Shown: positions 8,348 to 18,726, counted from the first letter of the stretch. The stretch is 64,000 bases of DNA from Candidatus Saccharimonadota bacterium (GCA_052034955.1 JBPOHZ010000015.1:26998-90997), one strand, 5' to 3'. The notes: generated from the sequence alone by a model not told the origin. Translations and numbers: made by a program.

Positions 8348-9220
8348 ATGCCAGAACTACCAGAGGTCGAGACAGTCCGTTTGGGTTTGCAAAGATTATT
8401 ACCAGGAAAGGTTATTAAAGACGCTACATCCGATTTTGAGCGTTCTTTTCCCAATGCGCCGCAGGATATCAGGCAGTTCCTTTTAGGGTCCGAAATCTTG
8501 GAGGTTAAACGGCGCGCAAAAGTGCTTTTAATAGAACTCAGCAGCAAATACTCGTTAGTGATTCATCTAAAGATGACTGGACAGCTTGTTTTTGTCGGTG
8601 CAGAAAGATTTGGTGCAGGGCACCCTAACGATTCATTAGTAGGACAGCTGCCAGATAAATCCACGAGGGTAGTATTTACTTTCCAAGATGGCTCCAAGCT
8701 GTTTTTTAATGATCAGCGAAAATTTGGCTGGGTGCGACTGATCCCTACGGTAGAAGTTCCAGAAATAAACTTCATGAAGAAGCTCGGCCCCGAGCCGCTA
8801 GAGGCAGATTTTACAAATAAACTATTCAAAGAACGTTTATCAAGACGCAAAAAAAGCGGAATTAAAGCAGTATTATTAGACCAAACAGTGCTAGCAGGAA
8901 TCGGTAACATTTATGCCGATGAAAGTCTTTGGGCGGCCAAGATTCATCCCGAGACTAAAGTGATGGATATTTCAGACGCAAAAGTACAAGCACTACATAA
9001 AGAAATAATTGCAGTTCTTAGGTTAAGTATCGAAAAGGGCGGATCGTCAGATAGAAATTATGTAAATGCCGAAGGCAAAAAAGGCAGCTATATAAGCTTT
9101 GCCAAAGTATTCCGAAAAGAAGGTTCGGCTTGTCAGCGTTGTGGTCGAGAAATTACCAAAACAAGAGTGGCTGGCCGGGGCACCCATATCTGTTTATTCT
9201 GCCAGAAAGCACCAAAATGA
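8348..9220 (+). CDS. mutM: Formamidopyrimidine-DNA glycosylase
   Basis: MPELPEVE N-terminus, HLKMTG, GIGNIYADE and C-terminal Zn finger CQRC...CLFCQ. Confidence 0.98.
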   Translation: MPELPEVETVRLGLQRLLPGKVIKDATSDFERSFPNAPQDIRQFLLGSEILEVKRRAKVLLIELSSKYSLVIHLKMTGQLVFVGAERFGAGHPNDSLVGQLPDKSTRVVFTFQDGSKLFFNDQRKFGWVRLIPTVEVPEINFMKKLGPEPLEADFTNKLFKERLSRRKKSGIKAVLLDQTVLAGIGNIYADESLWAAKIHPETKVMDISDAKVQALHKEIIAVLRLSIEKGGSSDRNYVNAEGKKGSYISFAKVFRKEGSACQRCGREITKTRVAGRGTHICLFCQKAPK

Positions 9221-10134
9221 TTATAACTTTAACCGGCAGTAACGCTTATCTTCTTCAGTCCGAGCTTCGTAGAATAACAAACCAATTTATATCTACTTCT
9301 GGCGATATGGGCCTAGAGCGAGTAGATGCAGGGCAGGTGGAATATACGCGGATTATCGAGGTTGTGCATGCGCTGCCATTTCTAGCCGACAAGAGACTTG
9401 TGATTATCGATGGCCCAGCTAACAATAAGCAGTTAGCAGAGAATATTGCAGATTTACTTGTAGCAATAGATGACCTGACGGATGTTGTATTTACCGAACC
9501 CAAGTTCGACAAACGTAGTTTGCTGTATAAGACTCTTAACAAAAAAACAGATTACAAAGAGTTCAACGAATTAGATGACTCTAAAATGGCAAACTGGTTA
9601 AGTCAGTATGCCAAAGAACAAGATGGCCAACTAAGCTCATCCGATGCCCGATATTTAATACAAAGAGTGGGTCTCAACCAGCTTAGGCTAAAGAACGAAT
9701 TGGATAAATTGGTTAGCTTTAATAAAAATGTAGATCGCAACGGCATTAATCTTCTAGTTGCCCCTAACCCCGACAGCAAGGTCTTTGACTTGTTGGATGC
9801 TGCGCTGTCGGGACAACCAAAGAAAGCAATGGAACTATACGCCGAACAAAGACTACAGAAAGTTGAGCCGCAAGCTATTCTGGCGCTATTTGCATGGCAA
9901 CTCCATGTACTGGCTGTCGTTAAATCAGCAGGCAATAGACAGAGTGATGCGGTCACTAAAGACTCCAAACTCAACCCATTCGTGATTCGTAAGTCTGCCG
10001 GTCTTGCTCGACGATTATCTGCCGAAGAGTTAAAATCGTTGATCCGCAGAACACTCGAGTTAGACATTAAGCTCAAAACAGAATCTATAGACGCAGATAC
10101 AGCAATGCAAAACTTGCTTGTAGGCATTGCCTAA
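9217..10134 (+). CDS. holA: DNA polymerase III delta subunit
   Basis: LPFLADKRLVII, NELDKL and VFDLLDA. The ATG at 9217 overlaps the mutM stop (ATGA); rpsT is nearby. Confidence 0.9.
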   Translation: MIITLTGSNAYLLQSELRRITNQFISTSGDMGLERVDAGQVEYTRIIEVVHALPFLADKRLVIIDGPANNKQLAENIADLLVAIDDLTDVVFTEPKFDKRSLLYKTLNKKTDYKEFNELDDSKMANWLSQYAKEQDGQLSSSDARYLIQRVGLNQLRLKNELDKLVSFNKNVDRNGINLLVAPNPDSKVFDLLDAALSGQPKKAMELYAEQRLQKVEPQAILALFAWQLHVLAVVKSAGNRQSDAVTKDSKLNPFVIRKSAGLARRLSAEELKSLIRRTLELDIKLKTESIDADTAMQNLLVGIA

Positions 10135-10165
10135 TACGTATAAATATGTTAAAATAGTACTTAAT

Positions 10166-11530
10166 ATGAGCGCATATTCTGCCGAAGTTAATTACGGACT
10201 ATTGCTTGATTCTGTTGCCGAAACTGCTCAGGTCATGGATGTGTTAAGGCCGACCTCGGTTCAGGTTTGTAGGGACACTTTTGGCTTGCGCGCAATCGAG
10301 GCAGTAGCAATTGCTGACCATGCCGAAGTATATGGACCGATAATTGGTAAAGCAATTGCATCAGTCTCGCTTATGATGCAGGGCCAAGAAAACGTAGGTA
10401 ATCTTTCTGGAAGCCAAAAGTTTGGGCCACGGATGGTTGCCAGAAGGGTCGCTAGGCCTACTAAGTTTCACCGTGAAACTGCCGATTTCGAGCTAAAAGA
10501 GCTTAGGCGTGAACTAAGAACTATGAGCGGGGACTATCCTGCCGATTTCGAAGCTTCAGTATCGGATATCCTGGACTATGATGGGGCGCTAAAGGAAGAG
10601 GCCGATCTATGGCTTGGTGATAATGGGTTAAGCCAGGATCCACTACCCTACACTAGATGGATTAACCGACATTGGTCCGACGATTCGGCAGACAAAAGCC
10701 GGCTGAGGCTTATCCGCGCGAATAAACGCCAAATAACCGAACTCCAAGGAAGCGAAGAAGTACAGCAGGGAATAGCCGAATCTAAAAGACGGTGGATGGA
10801 AAGAACAGAAGAATTAGTAGACGAAGGAGTCTTTCACCCTTCGATTATAAAAAGGCATAAACGCCTGGCCAAGACAGGTGTATTTGTTGGGGACGATTTT
10901 TCTATCCACCTTTCTGGCAGGGGCGGATATGCCAGATCGGACAGAAACTTAGTAGCTGTCGGGAAAAGCATACTTGTAAATCCAAACGGAAGTAATTACC
11001 AAAGGACGGTGTTGCCGCATGAATACTATCATATTGCTGGCAATGGACGAGATACTAGAATGGCTCAGCTTGCAATGCATGTCACATCATTAGATAACAA
11101 CTTTGCTTATGAGGCATTGACTCAAATTGGAGCCGAAGTCATAGAGCTGGGAGTAGATCCTGGTGTTGTAGATCAACAAACTCACGCCTACCTTGCCTAT
11201 AAAGGGATAATAAACTGGATAGTTACTACCGCACAAAGCAGGGGCGTAGATATTTCACCTAAAAGGTTACTTTATGCCGATACCGCCCCCAATGAAGATA
11301 GGGTCAAGGCATCAAGGGTTATAGATAAAGACCTGGAAGGTGCACTGGGAATTTCTAGAGACGGTTCTAGTACCTTCAAGGCAGTACAAGTATCTTTGAA
11401 TGCATATGTGGAGAGGTTTAAAACGGCCAATGCCTCAGAAGCTCGGCTAGGTTCGGTTAGAGATCAGGGCGCCAAGGTGATACTATCTCGGCTCATTGAG
11501 TACGGCCGACTACCTGTAAATTGGAACTAA
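10166..11530 (+). CDS. Hypothetical protein with zincin-like HEXXH motif
   Basis: HEYYH followed about 25 aa later by YEALT (gluzincin-like third ligand). Start placed at the ATG below a TTGCCT-17-TAAAAT promoter. Confidence 0.65.
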   Translation: MSAYSAEVNYGLLLDSVAETAQVMDVLRPTSVQVCRDTFGLRAIEAVAIADHAEVYGPIIGKAIASVSLMMQGQENVGNLSGSQKFGPRMVARRVARPTKFHRETADFELKELRRELRTMSGDYPADFEASVSDILDYDGALKEEADLWLGDNGLSQDPLPYTRWINRHWSDDSADKSRLRLIRANKRQITELQGSEEVQQGIAESKRRWMERTEELVDEGVFHPSIIKRHKRLAKTGVFVGDDFSIHLSGRGGYARSDRNLVAVGKSILVNPNGSNYQRTVLPHEYYHIAGNGRDTRMAQLAMHVTSLDNNFAYEALTQIGAEVIELGVDPGVVDQQTHAYLAYKGIINWIVTTAQSRGVDISPKRLLYADTAPNEDRVKASRVIDKDLEGALGISRDGSSTFKAVQVSLNAYVERFKTANASEARLGSVRDQGAKVILSRLIEYGRLPVNWN

Positions 11531-11599
11531 TAGTAACAGACTTGCCAAAATTGCAACATTGTGCTAATGTATAACCAAGGTTCACAAAAATAAAAAAAT

Positions 11600-12022
11600 A
11601 TGCAATCTAACGTATCACTCGCACGGACATCGGTAAGCGCAAACAGGCTAGAGCAAGCATTGCGTGACCAAGAAAGACTCAGAGCAATTTTCGATACTCA
11701 AGCAAACTTGGGTGATAAGTTGTCAGAGCACCCACTAGCTGCCAAGCTCCTTGGTGGGGTGGCCACCAAGTATCTACGCGCATCCCAAGAAAGGGCACAT
11801 CAAAATGCACCAGCCGAGCAGGCTAGTGACAGAGCTCAAGGTGTAGATGGCTTTGCTGAGTCAGAAGTATATGCGGCAAATATAAGATCTTCTAAGGCTA
11901 CTGCTGAGCAGGTTGGAGCACACGCTCAGAACCTTCCTAGGCCAGATTTACCAAAGATCACCGAGGCCCCACAGGCTGTCGGGCAAGTTGCCGAGCAGAC
12001 AAAGGAAATGGCCGGGGTTTAA
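11600..12022 (+). CDS. Hypothetical protein
   Basis: 140-aa Ala/Gln-rich ORF with upstream TTGCCA-17-TAATGT promoter. Confidence 0.6.
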   Translation: MQSNVSLARTSVSANRLEQALRDQERLRAIFDTQANLGDKLSEHPLAAKLLGGVATKYLRASQERAHQNAPAEQASDRAQGVDGFAESEVYAANIRSSKATAEQVGAHAQNLPRPDLPKITEAPQAVGQVAEQTKEMAGV

Positions 12023-12379
12023 TTACTTCTTAGAAATAGTCTTTTTTGCAGGAGCTTTTTTAGCCACAGTCTTCTTGGCAGCAGGCTTGGCAGCGGCTTT
12101 CTTTGGAGCAGAAGTCTTAGTTTTGCTGGCAGGTTTAACACCGGCAGCTTTTGCAGCACGGGCAAGCTGAGCTTTTTTGCGTGCGGCCTTGTTTTTACTG
12201 ATAACACCTTTTTTAACAGCTAGGTCGATAGCACTCTGTGCGCTGTTGGCGTTGTTGCCGGTGATGCTAGCGTGGAAGCTTTTGATTGCTTCGCGCAATG
12301 TTCGCTTGGTTTTGCTGTTGCGAGTTGCGGCTTTGGTAGCAGTTCGGACACGTTTTTTAGCTGACTTGATAATTGGCAT
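12023..12379 (-). CDS. rpsT: 30S ribosomal protein S20 with Lys/Ala-rich C-terminal extension
   Basis: MPIIKSAKKR...IDLAVKKGVISKNKAARKK. Confidence 0.96.
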   Translation of the reverse strand: MPIIKSAKKRVRTATKAATRNSKTKRTLREAIKSFHASITGNNANSAQSAIDLAVKKGVISKNKAARKKAQLARAAKAAGVKPASKTKTSAPKKAAAKPAAKKTVAKKAPAKKTISKK

Positions 12380-12539
12380 GAATTTTTCCTTATTCTTGTT
12401 AAAAGATTGTTTTCTTTATCTGACTACTATAACAGATAGCGACCCCAATAACAATACTCTAGACAGGGCATATAGGTTATGGTATTCTTCGACTAGATTT
12501 TCTAAAATAAAACAAAAAGAAGAGTCAAAAGAGTAAGCT

Positions 12540-14423
12540 ATGGATCCAGCTACACCACTTCAACCATACACACCACCAAGCGATGCTAGCCAGGCAAGTG
12601 TATCTGGCATGTCGGGGATGGCTGCAGTTCCTGCTCCACCGCCGATGCCATCTAGCCCGCAAGTTGGAACTCCTATGCCACCGATAGTGCCAGGTCAACC
12701 TTATCTAAGTACATCGACACCACCACTTGCACCACCGGTCTCTCCAGCGGTTCCGACTTTTGATAATAGTGGAGTTCCAATGACTCCGCTTCCACCCGAC
12801 GCCGGCATGCCTGTTGCACCACCTGTGGGCGTAGACGTAAAGTCGGAAGTCGTAGAAAGCCTGCGAAAGGCAAATAACGTTTTAGTTACAGTTAGTAGCA
12901 ATCCAACTGTTGATCAGTTGGCAGCCGCAATTGGAATAACACTTGTACTTAACAAGTTAGATAAGCACGCAACAGCTGTATATAGTGGCGAGACACCATC
13001 TGTCTTGGAATTCTTGCAACCCGAAAAGACTATCGAGAAAAACACTGACAGTCTACGAGATTTCATCATTGCTCTAGATAAAGCCAAAGCAGATAAGCTT
13101 CGTTACAAAGTAGAAGATAAGTTTGTAAAGATCTTTATAACCCCTTATCACACTAGTTTGACGGAAAGCGATCTCGAATTTAGCCAAGGTGATTTCAATG
13201 TCGATGTTATATTGGCGCTAGGTGTCCACCAAAGGGAAGAATTAGACCAATCTATTACGGCTCATGGTCGTATATTGCACGATGCAGTAACGATTAGTAT
13301 AAACAACAAACAGCCATCAGATCTTGGAGCCATAAATTGGTTCCAGGCCGAGGCAAGTAGTTTGGCTGAAATGCTAGTCAGTTTAGTAGAACCCTTGCAG
13401 GGAGACAAAATACTTCTTGATGAGCAGATCGCAACCTCATTCCTAACAGGTGTAGTCGCCGAAACAGAGCGATTTAGTAACAACAAGACCACACCGTTCA
13501 CCATGAACATTTCAGCCACTCTTATGAAGGCTGGAGCAAATCAACAGCTGGTATCTAGTAAGTTGGAGGCCCCTCAACCAGTCCCAGAAGCTAAAGCCGA
13601 ACAACCAACTCCAGCAGCCAATGGAACAATACCTGTTCCAAGTGCCTCAAACGATGGCTCTCTTGCTATAGAACATGACAAAGAGAAAGAGAAAGAAGAA
13701 AATAAACCAACTAAGACTCTTCAGGATCTTGAAAAAGAGAATAATTCTCATGGAGACGAGGAAGGCGATAGTGATCTGGCCAAGATCCATATTGATGAAC
13801 AAGGAGAATTAGTCCCGGCTGACAAGCCAGCTCCTCCAGCTTCGCCGTCTAATATGATATTGCAACCACCAACTATGGGCGGAGCAATGACCGCAACGAC
13901 TAAGAGTGAAGATGCGATTCAGCCATCGGTTGATGCTCCACCGGCCGACCAGACCGCGATGCAGCACGCTAAAACGATCAGTCCATTAACTGAAGAGGAG
14001 AAGACTCAGACCCTGTCGGAGATAGAGAAGTCAGTCGATAGCTCGCATATCACCGTAACAGACTCACAAATGCCAACCGCCGAGCAAGCCAGGCAAGCCA
14101 TTGAACAAGCCAGTGCATCGGTTGCCGCCTCTAGACTAGAACCCATAAGTGCTTTAAATGCCCAGCCAATTGATTTAGTGACCCCAACCGAAGCTCCTGC
14201 GCCAACGCCAGCACCAGCACCAGAACCAACACCACCGGCACCCGTTCCTACTCCTGTGTCAACGCCCACACCACTTCCGGCTGGACAGGACTTAACCACT
14301 GAAGATGTTTTCCCAACTCAACTCGTCGGTCCAGACAAAGGTTTGCCTCCAGATCCGACGGCGGCACCAAGTGATCCTACGGCTCCGCCGACTGTTCCAC
14401 CACCATTCATGCCAAACCTCTAA
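12540..14423 (+). CDS. Degenerate DHH-family (NrnA-like) domain with Pro-rich termini
   Basis: ANNVLVTVSSNPTVDQLAAAIG, ASSLAEM and FLTGVVAETERFS follow the DHH fold, but the catalytic residues are replaced. Confidence 0.75.
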   Translation: MDPATPLQPYTPPSDASQASVSGMSGMAAVPAPPPMPSSPQVGTPMPPIVPGQPYLSTSTPPLAPPVSPAVPTFDNSGVPMTPLPPDAGMPVAPPVGVDVKSEVVESLRKANNVLVTVSSNPTVDQLAAAIGITLVLNKLDKHATAVYSGETPSVLEFLQPEKTIEKNTDSLRDFIIALDKAKADKLRYKVEDKFVKIFITPYHTSLTESDLEFSQGDFNVDVILALGVHQREELDQSITAHGRILHDAVTISINNKQPSDLGAINWFQAEASSLAEMLVSLVEPLQGDKILLDEQIATSFLTGVVAETERFSNNKTTPFTMNISATLMKAGANQQLVSSKLEAPQPVPEAKAEQPTPAANGTIPVPSASNDGSLAIEHDKEKEKEENKPTKTLQDLEKENNSHGDEEGDSDLAKIHIDEQGELVPADKPAPPASPSNMILQPPTMGGAMTATTKSEDAIQPSVDAPPADQTAMQHAKTISPLTEEEKTQTLSEIEKSVDSSHITVTDSQMPTAEQARQAIEQASASVAASRLEPISALNAQPIDLVTPTEAPAPTPAPAPEPTPPAPVPTPVSTPTPLPAGQDLTTEDVFPTQLVGPDKGLPPDPTAAPSDPTAPPTVPPPFMPNL

Positions 14424-14465
14424 GAGCTATAGACGGATATCAGTATTTGTAGTATAATATGATAA

Positions 14466-15062
14466 ATGAGTGACCTCTTAGCGGGTGAATCCTGCCAACT
14501 ACCGTATTTTCCTGCTTCTTACGACGCTGTCGCTAGTGGAGAAATTCCTGCTACTTCGGCAATTCACATGGATGTTAAAGATTTTGATAGATTTCCTGTA
14601 TTTCCGCTTGGAATAGCAAACAGCCAAGAAGGTAGGCAATGTCTTGAGGTCGTAGACACTGATTTGCAGCCTGGCATGATTCCGCTAGATAGTCTCCCTG
14701 GGATAAGAAACATGGGTAAGAAGATTATACTTTGGAATTTTAAGCAATCATTGCCTGATGCCCCCCAGGCTGCTGAACAAATCCGAAGGGTTGTAGTGCC
14801 AAAATCCATTATGTGGGGAGTACATCCTGGTCATGCAGGTGTTGAGTTGCCAGACGGAACGTCTATTCCTCCACAGAATCCAGATTATTACTTAGTTTGC
14901 GACCAGGTAGGTTCGGGTAGAATGACAAGTCGAAATCTGTATGTTCCATCGAGATTTGATGGTCAAGTAAGCCAAAAAGCATTCTCTTTTAGAAGAATCA
15001 TTGGTTTACTTGGTGATCCTCGGCATAACTTGGAATATCAGGCCGAGCATGGATTACACTAA
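14466..15062 (+). CDS. Hypothetical protein
   Basis: 198-aa ORF with own promoter (TAGACG...TATAAT-7 nt-ATG), inserted before truB. Confidence 0.6.
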   Translation: MSDLLAGESCQLPYFPASYDAVASGEIPATSAIHMDVKDFDRFPVFPLGIANSQEGRQCLEVVDTDLQPGMIPLDSLPGIRNMGKKIILWNFKQSLPDAPQAAEQIRRVVVPKSIMWGVHPGHAGVELPDGTSIPPQNPDYYLVCDQVGSGRMTSRNLYVPSRFDGQVSQKAFSFRRIIGLLGDPRHNLEYQAEHGLH

Positions 15063-15066
15063 GTCT

Positions 15067-15753
15067 ATGAGCCAGCCGCTAGATCAGGTTATATTAATCG
15101 ACAAACCAAAAGAGTGGACTAGTTTTGATGTGGTTGGAAAGATTCGTTACCAGATTAGTAAACAACTAGGGAAGCGAGTTAAGGTTGGCCACGCCGGTAC
15201 GCTCGATCCCTTAGCCACTGGTCTATTGATTATTTTGGTTGGCAAAGCCACCAAGAGACAAGATTCATATATGAAGCAGGATAAAATCTACGAAGTTGTC
15301 ATGAAACTCGGTCAAACCAGCACTACAGCCGATGAAGAGGGCCAAAAAACGATAGTTTCCGATCACCAACCAGAACAGAAAGTGGTCATAGACGCCGTAA
15401 ACTCATTTTTAGGAACCATTTCTCAGGTTCCACCGGCCTACTCAGCTATTAAAATAGATGGTCAGAGGGCATATAAGCTAGCTAGAGAGGGTAAAGAGGT
15501 TAAAATCGAACCTCGAACTGTCACCATCCATTTAATTGATGATATAGCTTATGAATACCCCATAGTCAGCTTTACGGCCAATGTTTCTAGCGGTACCTAC
15601 ATTAGGTCGTTGGTTACCGATATTGGCGAAGCCCTAAAGACTGGTGCCTACATGACAAATTTGCGACGTACTTCAATCGGAGACTTTAGCGTCAGCGATG
15701 CTACCGCTCCCGAAGACGCTATAACAGAGGTGGCTATTACCACTGACAGGTGA
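15067..15753 (+). CDS. truB: tRNA pseudouridine(55) synthase
   Basis: DKPKEWTSFDVV, KVGHAGTLDPLATG, PPAYSAIKIDGQRAY and SSGTYIRSL. Start at ATG 15067. Confidence 0.97.
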   Translation: MSQPLDQVILIDKPKEWTSFDVVGKIRYQISKQLGKRVKVGHAGTLDPLATGLLIILVGKATKRQDSYMKQDKIYEVVMKLGQTSTTADEEGQKTIVSDHQPEQKVVIDAVNSFLGTISQVPPAYSAIKIDGQRAYKLAREGKEVKIEPRTVTIHLIDDIAYEYPIVSFTANVSSGTYIRSLVTDIGEALKTGAYMTNLRRTSIGDFSVSDATAPEDAITEVAITTDR

Positions 15754-15765
15754 TACAGTAACGAG

Positions 15766-17418
15766 ATGGTTATTTCAGTCGATATCGCCGAAAAATCTTT
15801 CGGCAACAACTCTTTGTATCAAGATCTTCAATTGGATATTCAAGACGGCGAGAAAATTGGCCTAATTGGGCGTAATGGTACTGGCAAAACGACGCTTCTC
15901 CACATGATGACCGGTGAGGACACTGATTACGACGGAACTGTTCATGCCAAAAAGGGGACAATTATTATTGGATCGCGTCAGGAGCATCACGGATTCGAGG
16001 ATATGTCAGTTCTGGAGTACATTTTGTCCGACTTGCCAGAGTATGCCGAGCACAAACATATCCTCGACACCTACCCCGAGAAAATGGGCACTAATAATCG
16101 AATGATGCACCAGTACTCCGACTCCCTCGAACGGTTCAGCCAATTAGGTTATTTCGAGGTAGAGGCCGAGATTGTCGAGGCTCTGCGAGCTTACCAGGTG
16201 GCCGAAGAAATGTCGGCCGGACCACTCAAGAACTTAAGTGGTGGTCAAAAACGGATGGTCGAACTGGTTAAAGTGCAGCGGGCCAGGGCTCACCTAGCTC
16301 TTATCGACGAACCTACTAACCACATGGACTTCGTTGCTAAAAAGGCCTTCCTAAAGTGGTTCAAATCGGCTCGCGAAGCAGTGGTAGTTATTTCTCACGA
16401 CAGAGACGTTTTGCAGGTGGTCGACCGAATTGTCGAAATTCGTGATGGCCAAGCTTTTAGCTTCCCAGGCAATTATGATGACTATCTGCGGATCAACGCC
16501 GCCAAGATGAGCTCTGATGTAACTCAATTTAGTCTTGTTCAACGCCGGATTTCTAACCTAAAGGAAAATGTTATTCGATTCCGCCGCCTAAAGGAACGGT
16601 CCCGTGACCCAGGCACAATTCAACGCTTTAAATCTTTGGAGCAAAAGGCTGTAACTGAGCTTGCTTCCTTAGAAAAAACTGAAATGCCAACTTTTTGGAT
16701 CGACCGTGACTCGGTAGGCGAGCTTAACGAAAAAATGAGCACCGCCTACGAAAAACATAAGGCTAAGAACATTAAGGTAAACGCCAAATCTGCCGAAACC
16801 GAAACCAGTCGTTTGCTGGTCGAAGTTCGAAAGCTTAGCCTGGGTTACACCGATCCACTGTTTAAAGATATTAGTTTTGATTTGCGGGAAGGCGACCGAG
16901 TCAGACTTCATGGCCGTAATGGTGCCGGAAAATCAACCCTTGTTAAGACCGTCATTTCTAAGGTTGAGGACACTTCACCGGAGGCAACCATATTTGATGG
17001 AACAATCGCCTGCGAGCGGGAGCTAAAAATTGGTGTTTATGAGCAAGAAATCGACCCAGAGTATCTGCCATTAACGCTGGCTGGGGCGATAGAAAAAGCC
17101 TATATGGCTAAGGACGTGGCCATTGGTGACCAAAAAGTTAAGCAACTACTGGGTGACTACTTATTTAACCCAGCAACAGATGGTGACGTTCCGCTAACTC
17201 GACTTAGTGGTGGCCAAAAAGCCCGCTTCCAGCTGATGAACATGCTAGCTGGTGACCCTCAGATACTGGTTCTAGATGAACCCACCAACCACTTAGATCT
17301 GCCAAGCATTGAAGAGCTCGAAAACGCCCTGGAAACTTACCACGGAGCAGTAATTTATATTTCTCATGATAGCTACTTTGCCAGGAACGTTGGTGGTAAG
17401 ACTATAGATATCGCTTAA
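15766..17418 (+). CDS. ABC-F family ATPase
   Basis: Two ABC domains (GRNGTGKT/LSGGQK/DEPTNH; GRNGAGKS/LSGGQK/DEPTNH) and no TM segments. Confidence 0.95.
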   Translation: MVISVDIAEKSFGNNSLYQDLQLDIQDGEKIGLIGRNGTGKTTLLHMMTGEDTDYDGTVHAKKGTIIIGSRQEHHGFEDMSVLEYILSDLPEYAEHKHILDTYPEKMGTNNRMMHQYSDSLERFSQLGYFEVEAEIVEALRAYQVAEEMSAGPLKNLSGGQKRMVELVKVQRARAHLALIDEPTNHMDFVAKKAFLKWFKSAREAVVVISHDRDVLQVVDRIVEIRDGQAFSFPGNYDDYLRINAAKMSSDVTQFSLVQRRISNLKENVIRFRRLKERSRDPGTIQRFKSLEQKAVTELASLEKTEMPTFWIDRDSVGELNEKMSTAYEKHKAKNIKVNAKSAETETSRLLVEVRKLSLGYTDPLFKDISFDLREGDRVRLHGRNGAGKSTLVKTVISKVEDTSPEATIFDGTIACERELKIGVYEQEIDPEYLPLTLAGAIEKAYMAKDVAIGDQKVKQLLGDYLFNPATDGDVPLTRLSGGQKARFQLMNMLAGDPQILVLDEPTNHLDLPSIEELENALETYHGAVIYISHDSYFARNVGGKTIDIA

Positions 17419-17459
17419 TATTGACACAAAATGTTATTTGTAGTATAATAATATAAATT

Positions 17460-18170
17460 ATGTCTAGAGAAACTGATAAGCAGATCAAGCAGTGGTCACC
17501 TCGCTTCGAGAAAAATGTAACAAGGCTGGCTATTGCTGGTATTTCCGTACTTGGACTTTTTGCCGTCAACAGCACAACTGACGGGGGATTGGTAAGTATT
17601 GCGCCCGATCCAATAAAGGAAGTTTTTCGACCAGCAGCTCTTGGAAGTCTTGTTCGGGGTGAAGATTCTGAAGGCCGTCGGACATTGTCCGGAGAACTAA
17701 ACAACGGAGCATACCCAATCAAAGCAATCGAAGAAGTACTCCGTAAAGAAAAGGTCACACCAGACACTGTTACTGTTGGAGGTGTTAGTGTTGGGACTCT
17801 GATGACAGGCAATCGTGAACAGACTGCAATTTTTACAAGACTTGAAGATTCGTCTGACGTAGTTGTTCGAAAAGACGGTGACAAAACTTTTGTACGGATG
17901 TTCATAGATGAGCCAATGGACGGCATACTTAGCTTTGCTGTCGGTAGAACTCTTGACCCCACACTTGCAAGTGCTGACAGGGTTCAAGAAGACTCTTATG
18001 ATGCGATTGCCGTTGTTATTGGTGAAGGCGACGATAAAGAGATATTTGTCGAACAACCATTAGTACAAGTAACCGATTCTAATGGTAACTGGATTAGTGG
18101 CAGCACTATTCAGAATGAACCCAACCGTGCTCCAGGTGGCATGCAAGCTACTCCAGAAACTACTAGTTAG
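17460..18170 (+). CDS. Hypothetical membrane-anchored protein
   Basis: N-terminal hydrophobic helix; perfect TTGACA-17-TATAAT promoter upstream. Confidence 0.65.
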   Translation: MSRETDKQIKQWSPRFEKNVTRLAIAGISVLGLFAVNSTTDGGLVSIAPDPIKEVFRPAALGSLVRGEDSEGRRTLSGELNNGAYPIKAIEEVLRKEKVTPDTVTVGGVSVGTLMTGNREQTAIFTRLEDSSDVVVRKDGDKTFVRMFIDEPMDGILSFAVGRTLDPTLASADRVQEDSYDAIAVVIGEGDDKEIFVEQPLVQVTDSNGNWISGSTIQNEPNRAPGGMQATPETTS

Positions 18171-18303
18171 ATTAGTCTGACAACACTTGTCTAATCGGAC
18201 TCTATCTGTTAAAATGTCTTTAACGCCATCGATCTCTTATAAATAAAGTATCTAATTAGAGACCAAGAGTAATTACAGTAATAGTCAATTAAGAAGGAAA
18301 TTA

Positions 18304-18582
18304 ATGATAACAACCGAGAAGAAGCAGAAAGTAATCACCGAACTGCAAAAGAGTAAGAACGACACTGGCAGCAGCGCCGTGCAGGTAGGAATCCTTACTG
18401 AACGAATCAAAGAACTAACCGAGCACCTAAAAGTAAACAAAAAAGACTTTATGGCTCGCCGCGGACTTCTTCAGATGGTAGGTAACCGAAAGCGTCACCT
18501 AAAGTATATTGCCGATCACGACAGTGCCGCATACTTAGCTCTTATCAAAAAGCTTGGTATTCGTCAGACAAAAGCAAAATAA
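18304..18582 (+). CDS. rpsO: 30S ribosomal protein S15
   Basis: NDTGSSAVQV...LTEHLK...RRGLLQMVGNRKR; precedes pnp. Confidence 0.98.
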   Translation: MITTEKKQKVITELQKSKNDTGSSAVQVGILTERIKELTEHLKVNKKDFMARRGLLQMVGNRKRHLKYIADHDSAAYLALIKKLGIRQTKAK

Positions 18583-18726
18583 TTTGCGTAGACTTTACTG
18601 CTCCTTAACCGGGGCAGGAGCTTGTGCACATTAACTAACAAATACTGTTCGTCGTAGAGCCACAGATATAAGCTATGCATAAGGGCGTATACCTGCACCC
18701 TGCGACGAATAAGTGAGGAGAAAAAT

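Noticed and set aside
17402-17962. 186-aa minus-strand ORF (and similar antisense ORFs over holA, pnp, ftsK, pilM, pilC)
   Set aside because: They lie opposite well-supported genes and have no motifs or initiation signals.
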